DNA of 55,727 nt, filler included, from Diploschistes diacapsis (taxonomy: Eukaryota): assembly GCA_023645945.1 (NCBI GenBank). It is 5 parts of 5 records of this genome, joined end to end, with 100 filler letters (N's around TTAATTAATTAA, not from the genome) between each part and the next. Parts side by side here need not be neighbours in the genome. Positions count along the whole stretch, not along the records: positions 11,214 to 22,304 come from JALAIB010000860.1; positions 22,405 to 33,463 come from JALAIB010000862.1; 3 more parts are not named here. One strand, given 5' to 3'. How positions within the stretch are numbered: the stretch's first letter is position 1; each line of letters starts with the position of its first letter. The notes below the pieces were generated by a model. The model made no database searches, had not been told where the DNA came from, and saw nothing but the letters and a program-made list of their open reading frames with translations. Position numbers and translations under genes: made by a program. Of this stretch, positions 13,115 to 26,900 are shown in pieces.

Positions 13115-14391
13115 ATGGCTGACTCGATTGCTCCTCGAGACGACTTCATATATCGAGTCCCTACAACGCTTCAGAACCCACGCTCCAACGAAGACGACAC
13201 CTTTGATTGGAAGAGGCCGTGGACGCAGTATGTCATGGGCTATCCTCGATATGCTGCCTTCATAGCAAACGACGAAGACCGCTCCACGACCATCTATCGA
13301 CGGTTCGAAAGACTGTCGGCCCGGAACCTGTTGTACTTGGAAACCGAATTGGCGGAGCTGGAGGCCTCTCAAGACCGGCTGGATTCGAGCTGCAGAGTAG
13401 ATCAGGATCTCGCGTCCAGCATGCAGAGCTTGGAGGAGCTCAACATGCTTGGCAAGTGGGGTTCCGAAGCTGCCACAAATGGACCGTTAAAGACAGACCA
13501 AAACCAACGGCTCCGGAGCAACCATGCACGAGTGCAGGACAACCGCGACTGGTTCCTCAGTGAAGCAGCCCAGGCACGTTTGCAGGTTGCCGCGAGGGTC
13601 CGCGTGGTGCTGAGAGAGTACTGTAAGTGCATGCACTTCTTTACCAGAGCCGTATTGAGCAATTTCAGATGAGTTTCTGAAGCTCGAGAGCGACATACTA
13701 GCTCTGAGCAATCCGGACAAGAGGACGCTGAAGGGAGTCCGCAAAGTTTTCAAAAATGAGCTCGACGGCGAGGAGCATGCACCATGATCGCCGGTGAGTC
13801 TGCTTATCGCAAGCATCATCTTCGCATCAACAAGCCACTGTGCTGACGACGTGTCCTTACCCATACAGGCAGGATGGAAACACATCTCGACGAGGAAAAG
13901 GATCTTTGCGTCCTTGCACCGCCAGTCGTAAGAGATCGACTCACGAGGCTTCTTGAGGGGCGTTTAGCTTTTCTTTTCCGGGTAAGATTTTGTCAACCCT
14001 TTGGATGCAAGCAGATATTTACTATCACAGACGAGGACACCTGAGGGCGTCACCGAAATTGTATCCTACAAAAAGGTTGCCACAGCTGTGTCAATTATCA
14101 GCACTCTCGCAGCTATTGCCTTCTTGCTAGGGGCCGTCTTGGGCCTGTATTTCATAACTGAGCCGACGATTCAGTTGGTCATGCTCAGCTGTTTGACCGT
14201 GGCTTTTGCATTAACCTTGGGCCTCCTGACAAACTCTCGACGGCAAGATATTTTCGCGGCAACTGCAGCGTGAGTAGTCCCATTTGCCGCTGTCCTCGCC
14301 AGTACTGAACGCCAGCAGATACGCAGCAGTGCTTGTGGTCTTCGTAAGCGGAAACTTAGGCAACAATAGCTGCAACTGTCCTACTACCTGA
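13115..14391 (+). pseudogene. DUF6594-like membrane protein gene with an apparent 1-nt frameshift (pseudogene or assembly error)
   Basis: Motifs GYPRYAAFIA..IYRRFERLSARNLLYLETELAELE, DLCVL..DRLTRLL and C-terminal TM helices ending IFAATAAYAAVLVVFVSG. Exons 13115-13622, 13669-13793, 13869-13981, 14031-14269, 14319-14391. In-frame TGA at 13785-13787, just before the GTGAGT donor at 13794. Confidence 0.7.
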
Positions 14392-14595
14392 AACGCCATG
14401 CCACCAGAACAATGATCTTGAGATTAGATCTCCTTAGCGAACCCCACGATGTTTAATGAGGCCAAGCAAGGAGAGTCGCTTTGCAAGGCTCATTAGCTAC
14501 TAAAAGGAACCGCAGGGGCTCCAATTTTAGTAGGCTCAAGGAATAGTACCGTGTATGTACTAGTCGAACGCGGACGAGCGGTCCTAGAGGCGCAT

Positions 14596-15289
14596 CTATT
14601 GCCTTTTCTTTAATTCTCCCGTCCAGCCTTTTACGGACTTCGAACTATCGTGGGCAGCGCGGAACACTTGTAGCGAATCAGCATCAAGATAGCGGAAGGA
14701 TGAAATGGACACGCACACTGTCTTTCCGTTTCATCCAGTCCGCGCAAGAAGTCGCCTCCTTCGCCAAGGGCGCTTTGAGTGTTGTGGGCATGGTCTGCTA
14801 TCTCTGCTGCTCGAGTTTTGAATGTCTGCAAAAGTGAGCCGGACATGTCAAGCTCGCACCAACGGCTGAGCTAACCTCGGTCAGCACATCGACGATCTCA
14901 TCCTCGTCAAAGAGATCCAGCGCCCTTGCAGCGAGCTCGTAGAAGTGAGGAGCAAGTGATCTAAGATCAACAGTGCGAGGATTTGCCTTGAGAGCGTTCA
15001 ATACTCTTGGCGCTAGAGAGGCCGGGAGGTCAATGGAGAGAACGGGGTCTCCGAATCTTTGCACGGCGATGTAGCCTCCAAGCCATAGCGGTAGATTCAC
15101 GTTAGAGCCTTTCTTGATCTGGGATAGAAGCATGGTCAACAATGAGATCAACAATCAGCAACGTTATCTACCCACATCTGTTCCAGCGTGTCCATCGATG
15201 AAGCCAAGACCAGGAACATCGATTTCAAAAGTACACGGTACCTTTTGCGCATCGGTAAGGATGGCATCGACATCATAGTAAGAACCCAT
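14596..15289 (-). CDS. PSF3: GINS complex subunit Psf3
   Basis: Exons 15289-15176, 15118-14876, 14825-14717, 14666-14596. MGSYYDVDAILTDAQKVPCTF.., LPLWL, VLNALKANPRTVDLR..PHFY, FLRGLDETERQLFRAAHDS. Confidence 0.93.
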
Positions 15290-15975
15290 TGTTTCCATCT
15301 ATTCAATGTCCGGTGAGCTTCTTTCTTTGTTTGTCCATGGTCAAAGTCATTACGAGAGTTTTGAAATTCCAGTCGCGTATTTACTTGCCAAGACATCTGG
15401 TGCCTGCAAACGGCATGGTGATTTGATTTGCTGAGGCTGATGCATTTAGATACCTCCTACACGCACAACACTGGAATCGTGACGGTGATGAAAACAAACC
15501 CAGGAGAGCATTTGTTTTCTTCACAAACTATGATCACCAGATTTAGTCCAGGACTTGCCGACATTCTGGCGTGATCGTGATCGCATAGCAATATATTCTG
15601 TCATCAACTTCTCACATTACCTTCGCGGTATGGATATATTCTCCTAGGCCGACACCTAAAAGTGCGTCTGGTATGCATCCACTCCTAGTCTGAAGCTGCC
15701 GAGTCACGTCTTTTGGTAAGTTCACTTCAAGCTCCTTTGGCCAAATGCGGCGATGACATTGCATTTGCTTTCATCTTGACCAAGTTATCTGGTAGAGCAG
15801 GTTGTTTCTCCGCATGCGGATGTTGTTAGCATGTTCTATCTTCATCGTCTCCGTTAAACTTCGATTGTTATCATTGTCCCTTCTTTTTCAACTGTTTTCC
15901 TAGTTCTTCTTCATTATGGAATAACACGTTTGATGGTGATATGCGCTCTTCATACTTTTCTGGTGTCAATGTACG

Positions 15976-17411
15976 ATGCTCTACTTAGCAGTAGCCCTTT
16001 CAAGCCTTTTGCTTGCCTCTACAACAGCGCAATTTGCGGGTATAAATATTAGCAGCGTGCCTCCTTGTGCAGTAAGTTCCATTCAGAGTTCGAGACCCAA
16101 ATTTCTGAGAATATCCAGCAAAATTGTCTAGCGAATAACACGGGTGCAGCAACAGGATGTTCCATCACGGATGTGAAGTGCCTGTGCGAGAGCACACCGT
16201 TCATCAACGCGATATCATGTTGTTTGCAAGAGAGTTGCAGTACAGCCGACCAACAGTGTACGCATATTTGCCTGAAAAGCAAAGTAGATGGTTACTGACC
16301 ACTCTCAGCCGCGATAGCCTTCGAGCTGCAGCTCTGCGACAACTACAATGTCAGCATTCCCGACTTCATCGGCTGCTCCCCTCTCAGCTCGACCTTGGCG
16401 TATCATGTAGGCTCTACTGGGGGAGGTGGTCCTGGAATCATCATGTCAACGACTTCTATAGTCACACTTGTTGCCTCCGCTTTCACGACCACGAGCAACG
16501 GCCCGGTGGCGGACTTCACTGGTAATGCAATAATGACAGACTCCTGCACTTCACCGTACATTGCCTCATTTGCCATGCCCTCTGGAGGGCCCTTGGAATA
16601 CCCTTGGGTAGGCTGTTCCGACCAAAGTCCAGACTGCTGTCCCTTTGACCTGGGCGCCGAAGGTCCACTTACGGTTTGTCCGCACGACTATGTAACCATC
16701 AGCGGCGCCTGTTGTCCCAACGGATGGGGAGTATACACAAGGTCCATAGCTGGTCAATTACCATGCTTCACAACACCAGCCATACCCCTCGCTCCCCCTG
16801 GCACAAGCGGAAGCGGTCCAGCTCCTACCGTGATCAGTTCCCAACTTTTCACGCTTCGATATACTCTCGAACCGACGCAGTCGACGCTGTCTCCGGGAGC
16901 ACAGGCGGGCATCGGCGTTGGTGCTGCAGCCGGTGCCCTCTCTATCGCATCAGTCGCGCTGCTCATGATTCGCAGGCGACGCCAAGCTTACGCTAGACGA
17001 GCAGCCACCATACCGCGTTCGCCTTACGAAGCTCCTCAAGACTTTTCGCCCAAGACACCAGCAAGCGGGACTACGTTTGGTCATCCCTTTGCACCAGCAA
17101 CACCCCAAACGCCGATACGGTCCGAGCTACCAAGCCCTCCGCCGCAACACAGTCCTTCACGCTCTGTGTTCCGACCGGCTCCAATCAGCGCCTCAGTCAC
17201 AGAGCTTCCTGGGAGTACTTTCTTGCACGAACATCATCCGGTATATACCCGACCAGCAACACCAACAGCTGGTGCAGGCGAAACATCGCAAGGCCGCGAC
17301 GCGGGTGTAGGCGTAGCAGTCACATCAACAGATGAGACATACAGGCCTCCGTTTGCAAGTGTAGAGGAAAATAGTGAACTCGCAAGAGCGATTTTGCAGC
17401 TAAGACATTGA
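15976..17411 (+). CDS. Single-pass membrane CFEM-domain protein
   Basis: Exons 15976-16071, 16119-16257, 16309-17411. Signal peptide MLYLAVALSSLLLASTTA, CFEM (VPPCAQNCL..GCSITDVKCLC..CCLQESC..LQLC), a second Cys-rich module, TM GAQAGIGVGAAAGALSIASVALLMI followed by RRRR, and a Pro/Ser-rich tail. Confidence 0.85.
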
Positions 17412-18878
17412 TTTACCATAATTGAGCATGTGGGAGTACCAACTGGTATACAGGAGCACAGCATAGGCAAAGCTTGTCAGCAATTTTGGATCCACTCTTT
17501 TCTATTTGAAATCAAGGGGAACGGGTTTAAACGTGTATTGATCGCGGCTAAATGCAATACTTGTGGCGCCATGCGTCGAACCTAATTGATTAACACGGTT
17601 GCCTCTAAACAGAAACAGAATTGACTAAACTGTCGACCTGATCTCCAGGCGATGCTTGAAACCCGTATTGTAGGCTTTCATATGCTTGGAACCTAAAGGA
17701 GTTATCCTCGAAGCTCTCAAACATAGCCGCACCGGAGGATGAACCATTCATCGTAGGAGACTGAGACTGATGAACGGGAACGGAAGCACGGTCACTCCCA
17801 AGCAAGCACCATGGCGCCTGTTATGACCTGTATCATTCATACCGGCCCTTTCTACCACCATCACCTTCGCCTTTGAACACCATAGTGTCCCGTTAACACA
17901 ATTATAGGACTCGCTGTCTCTCGCCGCAGGCAGGCCATAGCCTTCTAGCTCATACCGGGATGTTCTGACAGGACTGTGAGCGGGGAAAATGAAGAGTAAG
18001 TTACCTTTGAAGTCAATTCTACCGGCAAGTTCAGCTAAACGGCCAAAACAGCAAGAAGCTACCTGATAACTGAGTAAGTACACTGGGCACTCCCGACGCC
18101 ATCAAGGCTTGCTCATAAAAAAAGCAGAGAGCAAAAGACTTTGTCTCCATCGACAAGCAGCTCGAAGCAGCTTCCGGATCACTCCAATCTCTCCGTAGCC
18201 AATATACCGACCAGGAGGACCAACTGGCTGTGTCTGTCTTCCGTCAGCTTCATTGCCTCGTAAGTGCCAGCAGCCTTTGCCGGCCGAGCGCAAGTCCATC
18301 TATCTGCTGAGTCTGCAGCTTACTTCTACCTAAATCTGGCAAAGCAGTGGATGCTCTGGAAGCTACTGCGCTGCACCAGGCGGCCATGAAAACAACGTCG
18401 AGCATGTGTCGAGCATTGCTTCGAGTTATCTAAGACAGGACATCATGTGCGCGGCGGACACAACGCTAGAGCCCTGTAAGAGGAATATCGTGGCGGTGTT
18501 GATGAATTCGGCAGTCAACACATGTTGTAGGGATAGGCGGAGGGATATGCGGTTCTTGGGACTTTAGTTACAGTAAAACGTACGTTTTAGAGATGTTTGA
18601 TGCGCCTTTGACGGGTTCTTCGCTGCCAAGACTGGTACTGGGTCGCCAGCCAATCAAATATGCCAACCGCATCTAACAGATGACAACCTTCAACTTTGAG
18701 TTGCTTCATCATGGATAGATTCATCACGATCTTTCGATAATACCTCCATAAATCTCTTTGCCAGGGCCTTAGAAGGACGTTTTTATTACTTTCACTACTT
18801 CTACCATCGTATCATTGATCAGGATATCCCCTTTGTTTGCGGAGCTTTCGAGGGCAACGCCGCCCACTGTTGCCCAGG

Positions 18879-21829
18879 ATGGCTCCTCAGCGAGACACCC
18901 TCTTCCGGTCGGTGGAGATGTCGCTGACGCAGCTGTACATCTCCAACGAAATCGGGAGGGAGGTCGTCAGTGCTCTCGGGGAAATCGGAGAAGTCCAGTT
19001 TCGAGATGTAAGTCTGTCTTGCCACTCATCTATCTGCGCAGAGAATGGGTGCCTGGTTCTTTTGGCTAGCCACTGTTTACCGTCCATGGTCTGTCTCTTC
19101 CGGACTTACAGTGCTGACTCGACGGTATTAGTTAAACTCAGAGACAACGGCTTTCCAGAGGACTTTCACAAAAGAGATTAGGAGACTGGACAACGTTGAG
19201 AGACAGCTCCGTGGGTAATATTGCAAGCATTTAAGGGGCTAGTCTGACGATATCAGGGTATTTTGAGGCTCAGATCGAGAAACAGGGCATCCCTATGCGC
19301 CCTCGTCATGAGTTCGACAACATTCTAGCCGCCCCCTCCGCTGCCGAAATCGACGAACTTGCAGAACGCAGTGAAAGTTTAGAGCAAAGAATATCTTCCT
19401 TGAATGATAGCTACGAGACCTTGAAGAAGAGGGAGACCGAGCTTACAGAGTGGCGATGGGTGCTACGCGAAGCAGGTGGCTTTTTCGATAGGGTAGGAGC
19501 ATGTTTCTATTTGTCTATCATGATCCTGACACATGCTGATAGGCTTTCAAGGCGCATGGGAATGTTGAAGATATCCCACAACAAGACGACAACGACGAAG
19601 CGCCTTTACTGCAAGACGTTGAGCAGCAGCCGCGTGGCCAGAACGGAAGCGCCCAAGGCCAGCAACCGTTTGCCGTTATGAATATCGGCTTCGTTGCTGG
19701 TGTGATCCCCAGAGAAAGAATCGCGTCGTTTGAGCGGATACTGTGGCGAACACTACGCGGCAACCTCTACATGAACCAGTCTGAGATACCAGAGCCTATC
19801 ATCGATCCGTCGAACAACTCGGAAGTGCAGAAAAATGTGTTCGTCATCTTCGCTCATGGCAAGGACCTCATTGCAAAGATTCGAAAGATCTCTGAATCAC
19901 TTGGCGCGGACTTGTACAGCGTGGATGAAAACAGTGACTTGAGGCGGGATCAAATTCACGAGGTCAACACCCGCTTAAGCGATCTAACGAATGTGCTTCG
20001 CAATACGCTTCAGACTCTGAACGCCGAACTGACCATGATCGCGAGAAGCTTGGCGGCTTGGTTGGTGATTGTAAAGAAGGAAAAGGGTGTCTATCACACA
20101 CTCAATCGCTGCTCGTACGACCAAGCCAGGAAGACGCTGATCGCTGAGGCATGGTGTCCGACCAACTCCCTCGGTCTTATCAAGTCCACCCTCCAAGATG
20201 TCAATGACCGCGCGGGCCTCACGGTACCAACCATTGTCAACCAAATCAGAACTTCCAAGACGCCCCCCACTTACAATAGGACAAACAAGTTTACCGAGTG
20301 CTTCCAGATGATCATTGACGCTTACGGAACCGCCAAATACACCGAGGTTAATCCAGGACTGCCAACGATCGTCACATTCCCTTTTCTTTTCGCCGTGATG
20401 TTCGGGGATTTTGGCCATGGAGTGCTCATGACTTGCGCCGCAATCGCTATGATTTATTTCGAAAAGGCACTGATGCGTGGCAAGCTTGATGAGCTCTTCT
20501 CGATGGCGTTCACTGGTCGGTACATCATGTTAATGATGGGCATCTTTTCCATGTACACTGGTTTGATATACAATGACGCATTCTCAAAGCCGTTGGACCT
20601 CTTCCCCAGTATGTGGGACTGGCCAAGCGACTTCAAAGCGGGAGAGTCTCTTGTCGCCACTCGGAAAGCAGGACAGACGTATCCATTCGGCCTAGACTGG
20701 GGCTGGCACGATGCTGAGAACGAGCTACTGTTCAGCAACAGCTACAAAATGAAGCTAAGTATCTTGATGGGTTGGGCACATGTGGGTATCCCACCGAATT
20801 TTCGCTTTCGCTAGCTAATTCCTGTAGATGACCTTTTCGCTATGCTTTCAATTCGTCAATGCGCGTCACTTCAAATCACCTGTGGACATCTGGGGTAACT
20901 TCGTCCCTGGAATGATCTTTTTCCAGTCCATCTTCGGGTACTTGGCCATCTGCATGCTCTACAAGTGGTCTGTGGACTGGCCAGCGGCTGGAGAGCAGCC
21001 GCCAAGTTTGCTTAATATGCTGATCTACATGTTCCTCCAGCCTGGGACAGTTGTCGACAGGCTCTATTCCGGCCAAGGTCCCATTCAGGTCCTACTACTA
21101 TTGATCGCCGTGGCCCAAATACCAGTCCTGCTACTCCTCAAGCCACTCTACCTGCGCTACGAGCATAACAAGGCTCGTCGCTTGGGGTACAGAGGTATCG
21201 GAGAGGTGTCCCATGTCAGTGCGCTCGACAACGACGATGACGCCACCCTGATAGGAAACGGTAACAATCGTGAGAGCGTTAATTCTGATCGCGAAGCCAC
21301 GGCCATGGTAGCTCAAGACATCGGCGACGGGGAGCACGAGGAGTTTGAGTTCTCCGAAGAGATGATCCATCAAACTATCCATACAATTGGTAGCGCGCCC
21401 ACCATACCAGTCTACAAGTCATAGCTAACCACAACTCAGAATTCTGTCTAAACTGTGTCTCTCACACAGCCTCCTACCTCCGTTTATGGGCTCTTTCGCT
21501 CGCGCATCAGCAGCTCTCGAAGGTGCTGTGGAGCATGACGCTCGCCAACGCTCTCAAGATGACTGGCGTGCTCGGGGTCATCATGATGGTCGTCGTTTTC
21601 GCCTTCTGGTTCTTCCTGACCATTGCCATTCTGTGCGTGATGGAGGGGACTAGCGCTATGCTTCACAGTTTGCGGTTACACTGGGTAGGCTTTTCTCGCT
21701 TCCGTAGACTGGAGCTTGGACGCTTGCTAACAGCTTGTCTAGGTCGAGGCGATGTCAAAGCACTTCCAGGGCGATGGCATTCCCTTCCAGCCCTTTAGCT
21801 TCAAACTGTTGCTCGAAGAAGAGGAATAG
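18879..21829 (+). CDS. VPH1: V-type H+-ATPase V0 subunit a
   Basis: Exons 18879-19007, 19132-19210, 19257-19492, 19552-20781, 20828-21389, 21440-21684, 21743-21829. [72 protein letters not shown]. Confidence 0.97.
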
Positions 21830-22304
21830 AAAGCGGGCTTTCTGTTGCATCCTTTTTTTCATCCATGCATTAGATTCAGAGTTTCATGGTAAGTAGCATT
21901 GTAGTGCGGTCGCTGCGCAAATTGTTTGAAGGTCGCTCATGCACAGAGATTCGCGAACAGAGAAAGGACGTCGGGGCATAGAGTTGGAGCAAAGGCCCTT
22001 GTATTCTGTAGCATAGCTCCTGTATCAAAAGACTTTTCACACAAACTGTGCAGACAGAAGCTTGCAATGCGAGAATGTTAACCGAGTCCCTTTTGCTGGT
22101 AAAGGTTCGACACTGTAGATACGGCAGCCTTCAGATAGCCCTCGGGCCATGCTATTGAGCTGGATAGCCGTCTGGATGCACTCGGGCCGTCCTCCGAGAT
22201 ATGCCACGCGGATTGGCTCCCCCAAAACCCCCCCAAAAATGTACACGTCTCCATCATAGATCCTACCGGTATCGCTTCGCTCTCGGGGACCCGAAGCTCG
22301 CTTT

Positions 22305-22404
22305 NNNNNNNNNNNNNNNNNNNNNNNNNNNNNNNNNNNNNNNNNNNNTTAATTAATTAANNNNNNNNNNNNNNNNNNNNNNNNNNNNNNNNNNNNNNNN
22401 NNNN
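22305..22404. other. Artificial contig-joining spacer
   Basis: N-TTAATTAATTAA-N, 100 bp. Confidence 0.98.
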
Positions 22405-23901
22405 GGATGGGCTAGGGGGGGGGCGGCAGAAGGCAGAAGGTTTTGGCGCTTGATGGCGGGGTGTGCTGAGTAGCGTAGCGTGTGCGCGCCCGACAAGCCT
22501 TTGTGGAATAGGAGCGATGGATGATGATTTTGCTTGGGGGCTCGATTTTTTTTTTTGGGTTGCGGTAGGGGGAGGCGGTGGTGGTTCGGACCGGTCTTGC
22601 GCTGTAGAAGGAACGTCGAGGAGATGGGAGGGGATAGGAGATTGGGAAGAAAGACAAGATGAAGTGACTTCATTGACTGACCAGAAAAGATGCAAGGCCA
22701 TTTTATTTCTATTTGCTCGGAAGCCGGACCGACATCCTGGCACGCTTATTTGTTTGGCAAGGAGGGATTGCAACTAGAAAGCTGCAACGCCAAGTGCCCT
22801 CGCTGCAGGTTAAAGGTTGAACTTCCCGCTTTTAGGGTGCCAAAACTGTTGAGGAAAGATCTCTTAAGGTCTCAAGGTACGTTACGTATACAGCATATTA
22901 TACAGAATGAACATCTGCTCTGCAGCCTGACTACATACTGTCTTCGAGCTACCAACGCTTTCTTTTTTTTTTCTTTTTTTCTTTTTTTCTTTTTTTTGGG
23001 GTGGGTGTCGTCAGGGGTGGTGTGGTCTCATAGGTTAACGCACGTTCATCTGTGGGCATATGCGTGTACGTGTTTGTGTTTGTGCTTAATTTCAACGTAG
23101 AACCAGCGTAACAATTATTGTAAGGAATAGATTTCAATAGCGTGATTACCAAGGCAAAGATCTCCATCCCTGGAACGGGGAGTCGGAAATGGAGCGCTGA
23201 AATAATATATTTTAAAATTACATGGAAAACGGCTTTAACTATTGGAAAATACTCGACTCCCTCCAAATAAACAAATCTCATGGTTTTTTTTCTGCCGATG
23301 ACTGACTCACCGACCTAACGGCCACTTTTCTGCCAAGGACTCCTTGTCCCCCGGTACCAGTACCCAAAACCCTCTCGTTGTTTCAACTGCAACATCCATC
23401 CCATCGTTCTTCCTCCGTTTCTTCACCATCCATTCCAAAACCCACTGACCGTCGTCACTTTCTTTTCTACTACTTTCCCATACTCAATCGAGATCCCATC
23501 ACCCATCGCAGCGGGCTGTCACTCATTTGTTGTCACTTCGACCAAGAGTTTCTCTATCCCTTGTTTTTGCCTACCATCCAGCCTCAACCAAAGCTCGCAA
23601 ATAGTTCACTCCAAAGACCACCTACTCAAGGTGCTTGGTATCGAAACTACTCCCAATTCTCACAAATTTTCTATTCTTTTCCACACTCGGCACATTATCC
23701 AACACCGGCTGCCTATATTTCATGGTAGCCCGCTGCACATTCCTTCGACTTGCCTCGTGATATCAACAAGGGAGACAGACCATCGGACGAAGTGCCGTAT
23801 TCCATGAATCAATCGCCGAGCCCATCTTTCGCGTCAGAAGAGCACTAGCTGGATCCTCTCAGCAACGTCGCCAAAAACAGTCATTCTACACTTCTGGAAG
23901 G

Positions 23902-26900
23902 ATGAATCCCTTTCGCTCAAGGAAAAAGTCCATCAGCGAGGCTGACTCGGGCCGGCCTTCGATGGAAGAGGCGCCTCCTGTTCCTCTCGGCTTCCGGGGC
24001 AGAACGTTTAGGAGGAAGAAGCCACAGCCGGAAGCGAAGAAGGTGGTGGACATCAAAGCAGCGCTTCCTGCATCCGACGATTTCCGTACCAGCTTGCTCA
24101 TGCCCAACCTCTCCGCTCGCTTCAGCATGCTGCGCGAACAGGACGATCCAAATACCAAGATCGGCAAGGCCAACGATGACAGCGTGCTGTTTCCGAAGAG
24201 GGCCTCGAGGCTCAATCTATTCAACGACAATGATCTGTCCAACATAGCCGAAGTAGCATCAATTTCGGATTCCATCCGTCCCCCGTTCGCCAGCGAGAGA
24301 TCCAATTCGTATGCTTCCGCCGATGGCTATGGGACCGACGATGACTCGAAAAGCATCATGAGCAGGTCTCGGCAGGTGAAGGGTAACAAGTTCTTCGCAA
24401 ACAGGCAGAAGATTTACATGATACCCACCCAAGGAGCTGCGTCCACGAAGGAGCTCCTCCACCAGGCCGGCAAGGGCGCCGACAAACCCGTGCGCTCCGC
24501 ACCAAGAGCCGTCTACGACGCCGATGTGAGCCTGAAGGCTTTTCAGGCGACCGTTGCCGATCAAGGCTCACGTCGGGCCAGCGACGATAGGGAAGACGGC
24601 AAGGAAAGCTCCGACGACGACGAAGACCATGAACGTCGAGCATCTCTCCAGCACTCCGAACACAACAGCAAGAGGGAGACGTCCTCTTCGACAAATTCCG
24701 GTCCCCTGGACAGTCGGGCGTCGACCGCCGCTACGTCCATCGCATCTCAAACCGCGTCGCCAATGCACGGCCCGACACCCAACGGAACCGGCTTTCCGTC
24801 CACCAAGCAATCCTTCGGCGCTGCCGGTCAGGATCGCATGGGCAAGGGCAAAAGGCTGTACGGACAGGGCATCGACCAGCAGATCCACGAGCAGCAGTCG
24901 TCTGCCCTGCACAGGCTCAACTCCATTCAGCGCCCCTTTGGCGTGGCTCAGTCGCGAAGCGCGAGCAGCCTCGGCGATCGCTTCCAAAAACCCGGTCAGC
25001 TTTACTACTCCACGAACGATTTTCGTGCGGTGAGCCCCGTGCCAGCTTCGTCCAGCGCTCTGGCTGGATTCGAGTTTGGAACCGAAGACGGCAGATCGGG
25101 GCCCAACAGCAGAGAGGCGGGTCACCAAAACAACGCATCTCCCACTCCCATGAGCCCGCCCGTGGGTCCGGTGGATCCTACTCTGGTGGCTGCACTTGAA
25201 CCCAACGACGTTGGCAAGGCCACAGCGTCCGGTACCTTCAACAAGCCGAAGACATCCTACAGCGACGAGCAGTTCGCTCAGCGCCAGGTGCAGCTTCAGA
25301 AGGGCCGCGAAACCCCTCCACCATCGTCTTTCTCCAGGCCCGGAGCCTACAACAACCCAGCGAACCGGGACCGCAATGGCTCCTCGGCAAGCCAGTTCTC
25401 TATGTTGAGCACGGCTTCCCAGACGAAGTCCCAGCTTCCCACGCAAAATCCATCCGCTTCCTCGAGCCTTCGCAAGGCAGAGACGGCAGCTCCCAGCAAT
25501 CGACCGCTCAACGGTGCCTACCTTGCGAGTCGGAGCGAAAGCGAGAACGGCAGCGAGCCCAATAGCCCCTTGGACCCTGCCAGCTTGAACAGCATTGCGC
25601 CATCCATGGCCAACGTCATGGACCCTGCTTCAAGACACCGAAGGTACGAGCACGACGATCAGCATCCTGCCTTCGGCAACCACCTCGACCTATCGGAAGG
25701 GGGCCGCCGCTCGGTGGTCGATCGGGAGGTTCTGCCGCTGCAGCTCGCGAATGGGATTGCCAACACGGTAAATGCATCGGACTCGCATGCTGTCGATTCG
25801 CCGACCTTGCCCACCGTGGACGAAGCTTTGGCCTCCGGCGGTGGGCTGAATGACCTGATTCGCGGCCACTTAAGGAATGTCAGCAACACGTCTTCGATAT
25901 GTCCCAATTCGCCACCCCGACTGTCCCACGACTTCTTCCTCGATGGACAGGATGCCGCTCCGCTCGTGAACCCCTCGCGACCGTCCAACGCGGCTGGCGA
26001 GCCGTACCTTGGGGATGGCGAGAAAATCGCGATGGATCCGCTCTCGATGAGGGCCCGACGCATACTCGAGCAAGCTAGCCAACTCAAGAATGCCTCGAAC
26101 AAGCCTTACGAAGTACTTGGTGGGGTCGGTGCCGACAAAGTACGGCAAGTGCTTGGGAGCGAAGCACCGGGCAGAAGCAACGAAACCCCTCGGCCTTCCG
26201 TATGGCAAGGGTCGAAAGGCCATGCAAGGGGCGCCAGCACCGAAACGCAGAAGGAAAGAGAGGATTTCGCGAACGAGCTGGCCGACAGACGGAAACAGGT
26301 ACAGGAGAATCTGAAGAACTTTGCCGAAGAGAGTGGATCGTCGAGTCCCATTGGTTTCAGAAACACCGAGGGCAGCCCAGCCAGAGCCGGCCCATTGGGT
26401 CTACTAAAGAAAGCTAGCCGAGGCTCGCTTGCGGGAAAGAACGAGAGCACTTCTAAGGCGATGAAGATGCTCGGGGTCGCGCCTCACACAGCATTGCCGC
26501 CGAGCAGCACGGCAGTCCCGCAGCCTGCGGTCGTTTCGCCCGACGGATTCGCAGGAACTCGACCCGTGCTCAACTCAGACATCCGTCAACGCGCTCCTAG
26601 GCCTGCAGGGCAGCAGCAGCAGCAGCAGCACCTCAAAGTCGGGCCCGGCAGCGGCCCGAGCTTTCGGGATCGCTCGGCAGGCGCGGAGAGGAACGCCGGG
26701 TTTCTTCGTGGGCCGTCGCCGCCGTCACCGAACCTCGGACCGGAGAGAGCGACATCTGCCAAGACTCCATCCCCAAACCCCAATGGATATGGCTTCGCAA
26801 GATCGCATACCGACAACGTCGGCAACCAGCAGAATCCCGATCAAGCCGCGGCTCGTTCGCGCAAGTACTCCCCGCCTGGAGCACCACCTCGAAGGGATGG

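Noticed and set aside
17605..18299. Minus-strand ORFs between the CFEM gene and VPH1
   Set aside because: No coherent exon chain or motif.
22037..22304. Minus-strand frame open to the contig end, possibly the C-terminus of a truncated gene
   Set aside because: Too short and no recognisable motif to support a call.
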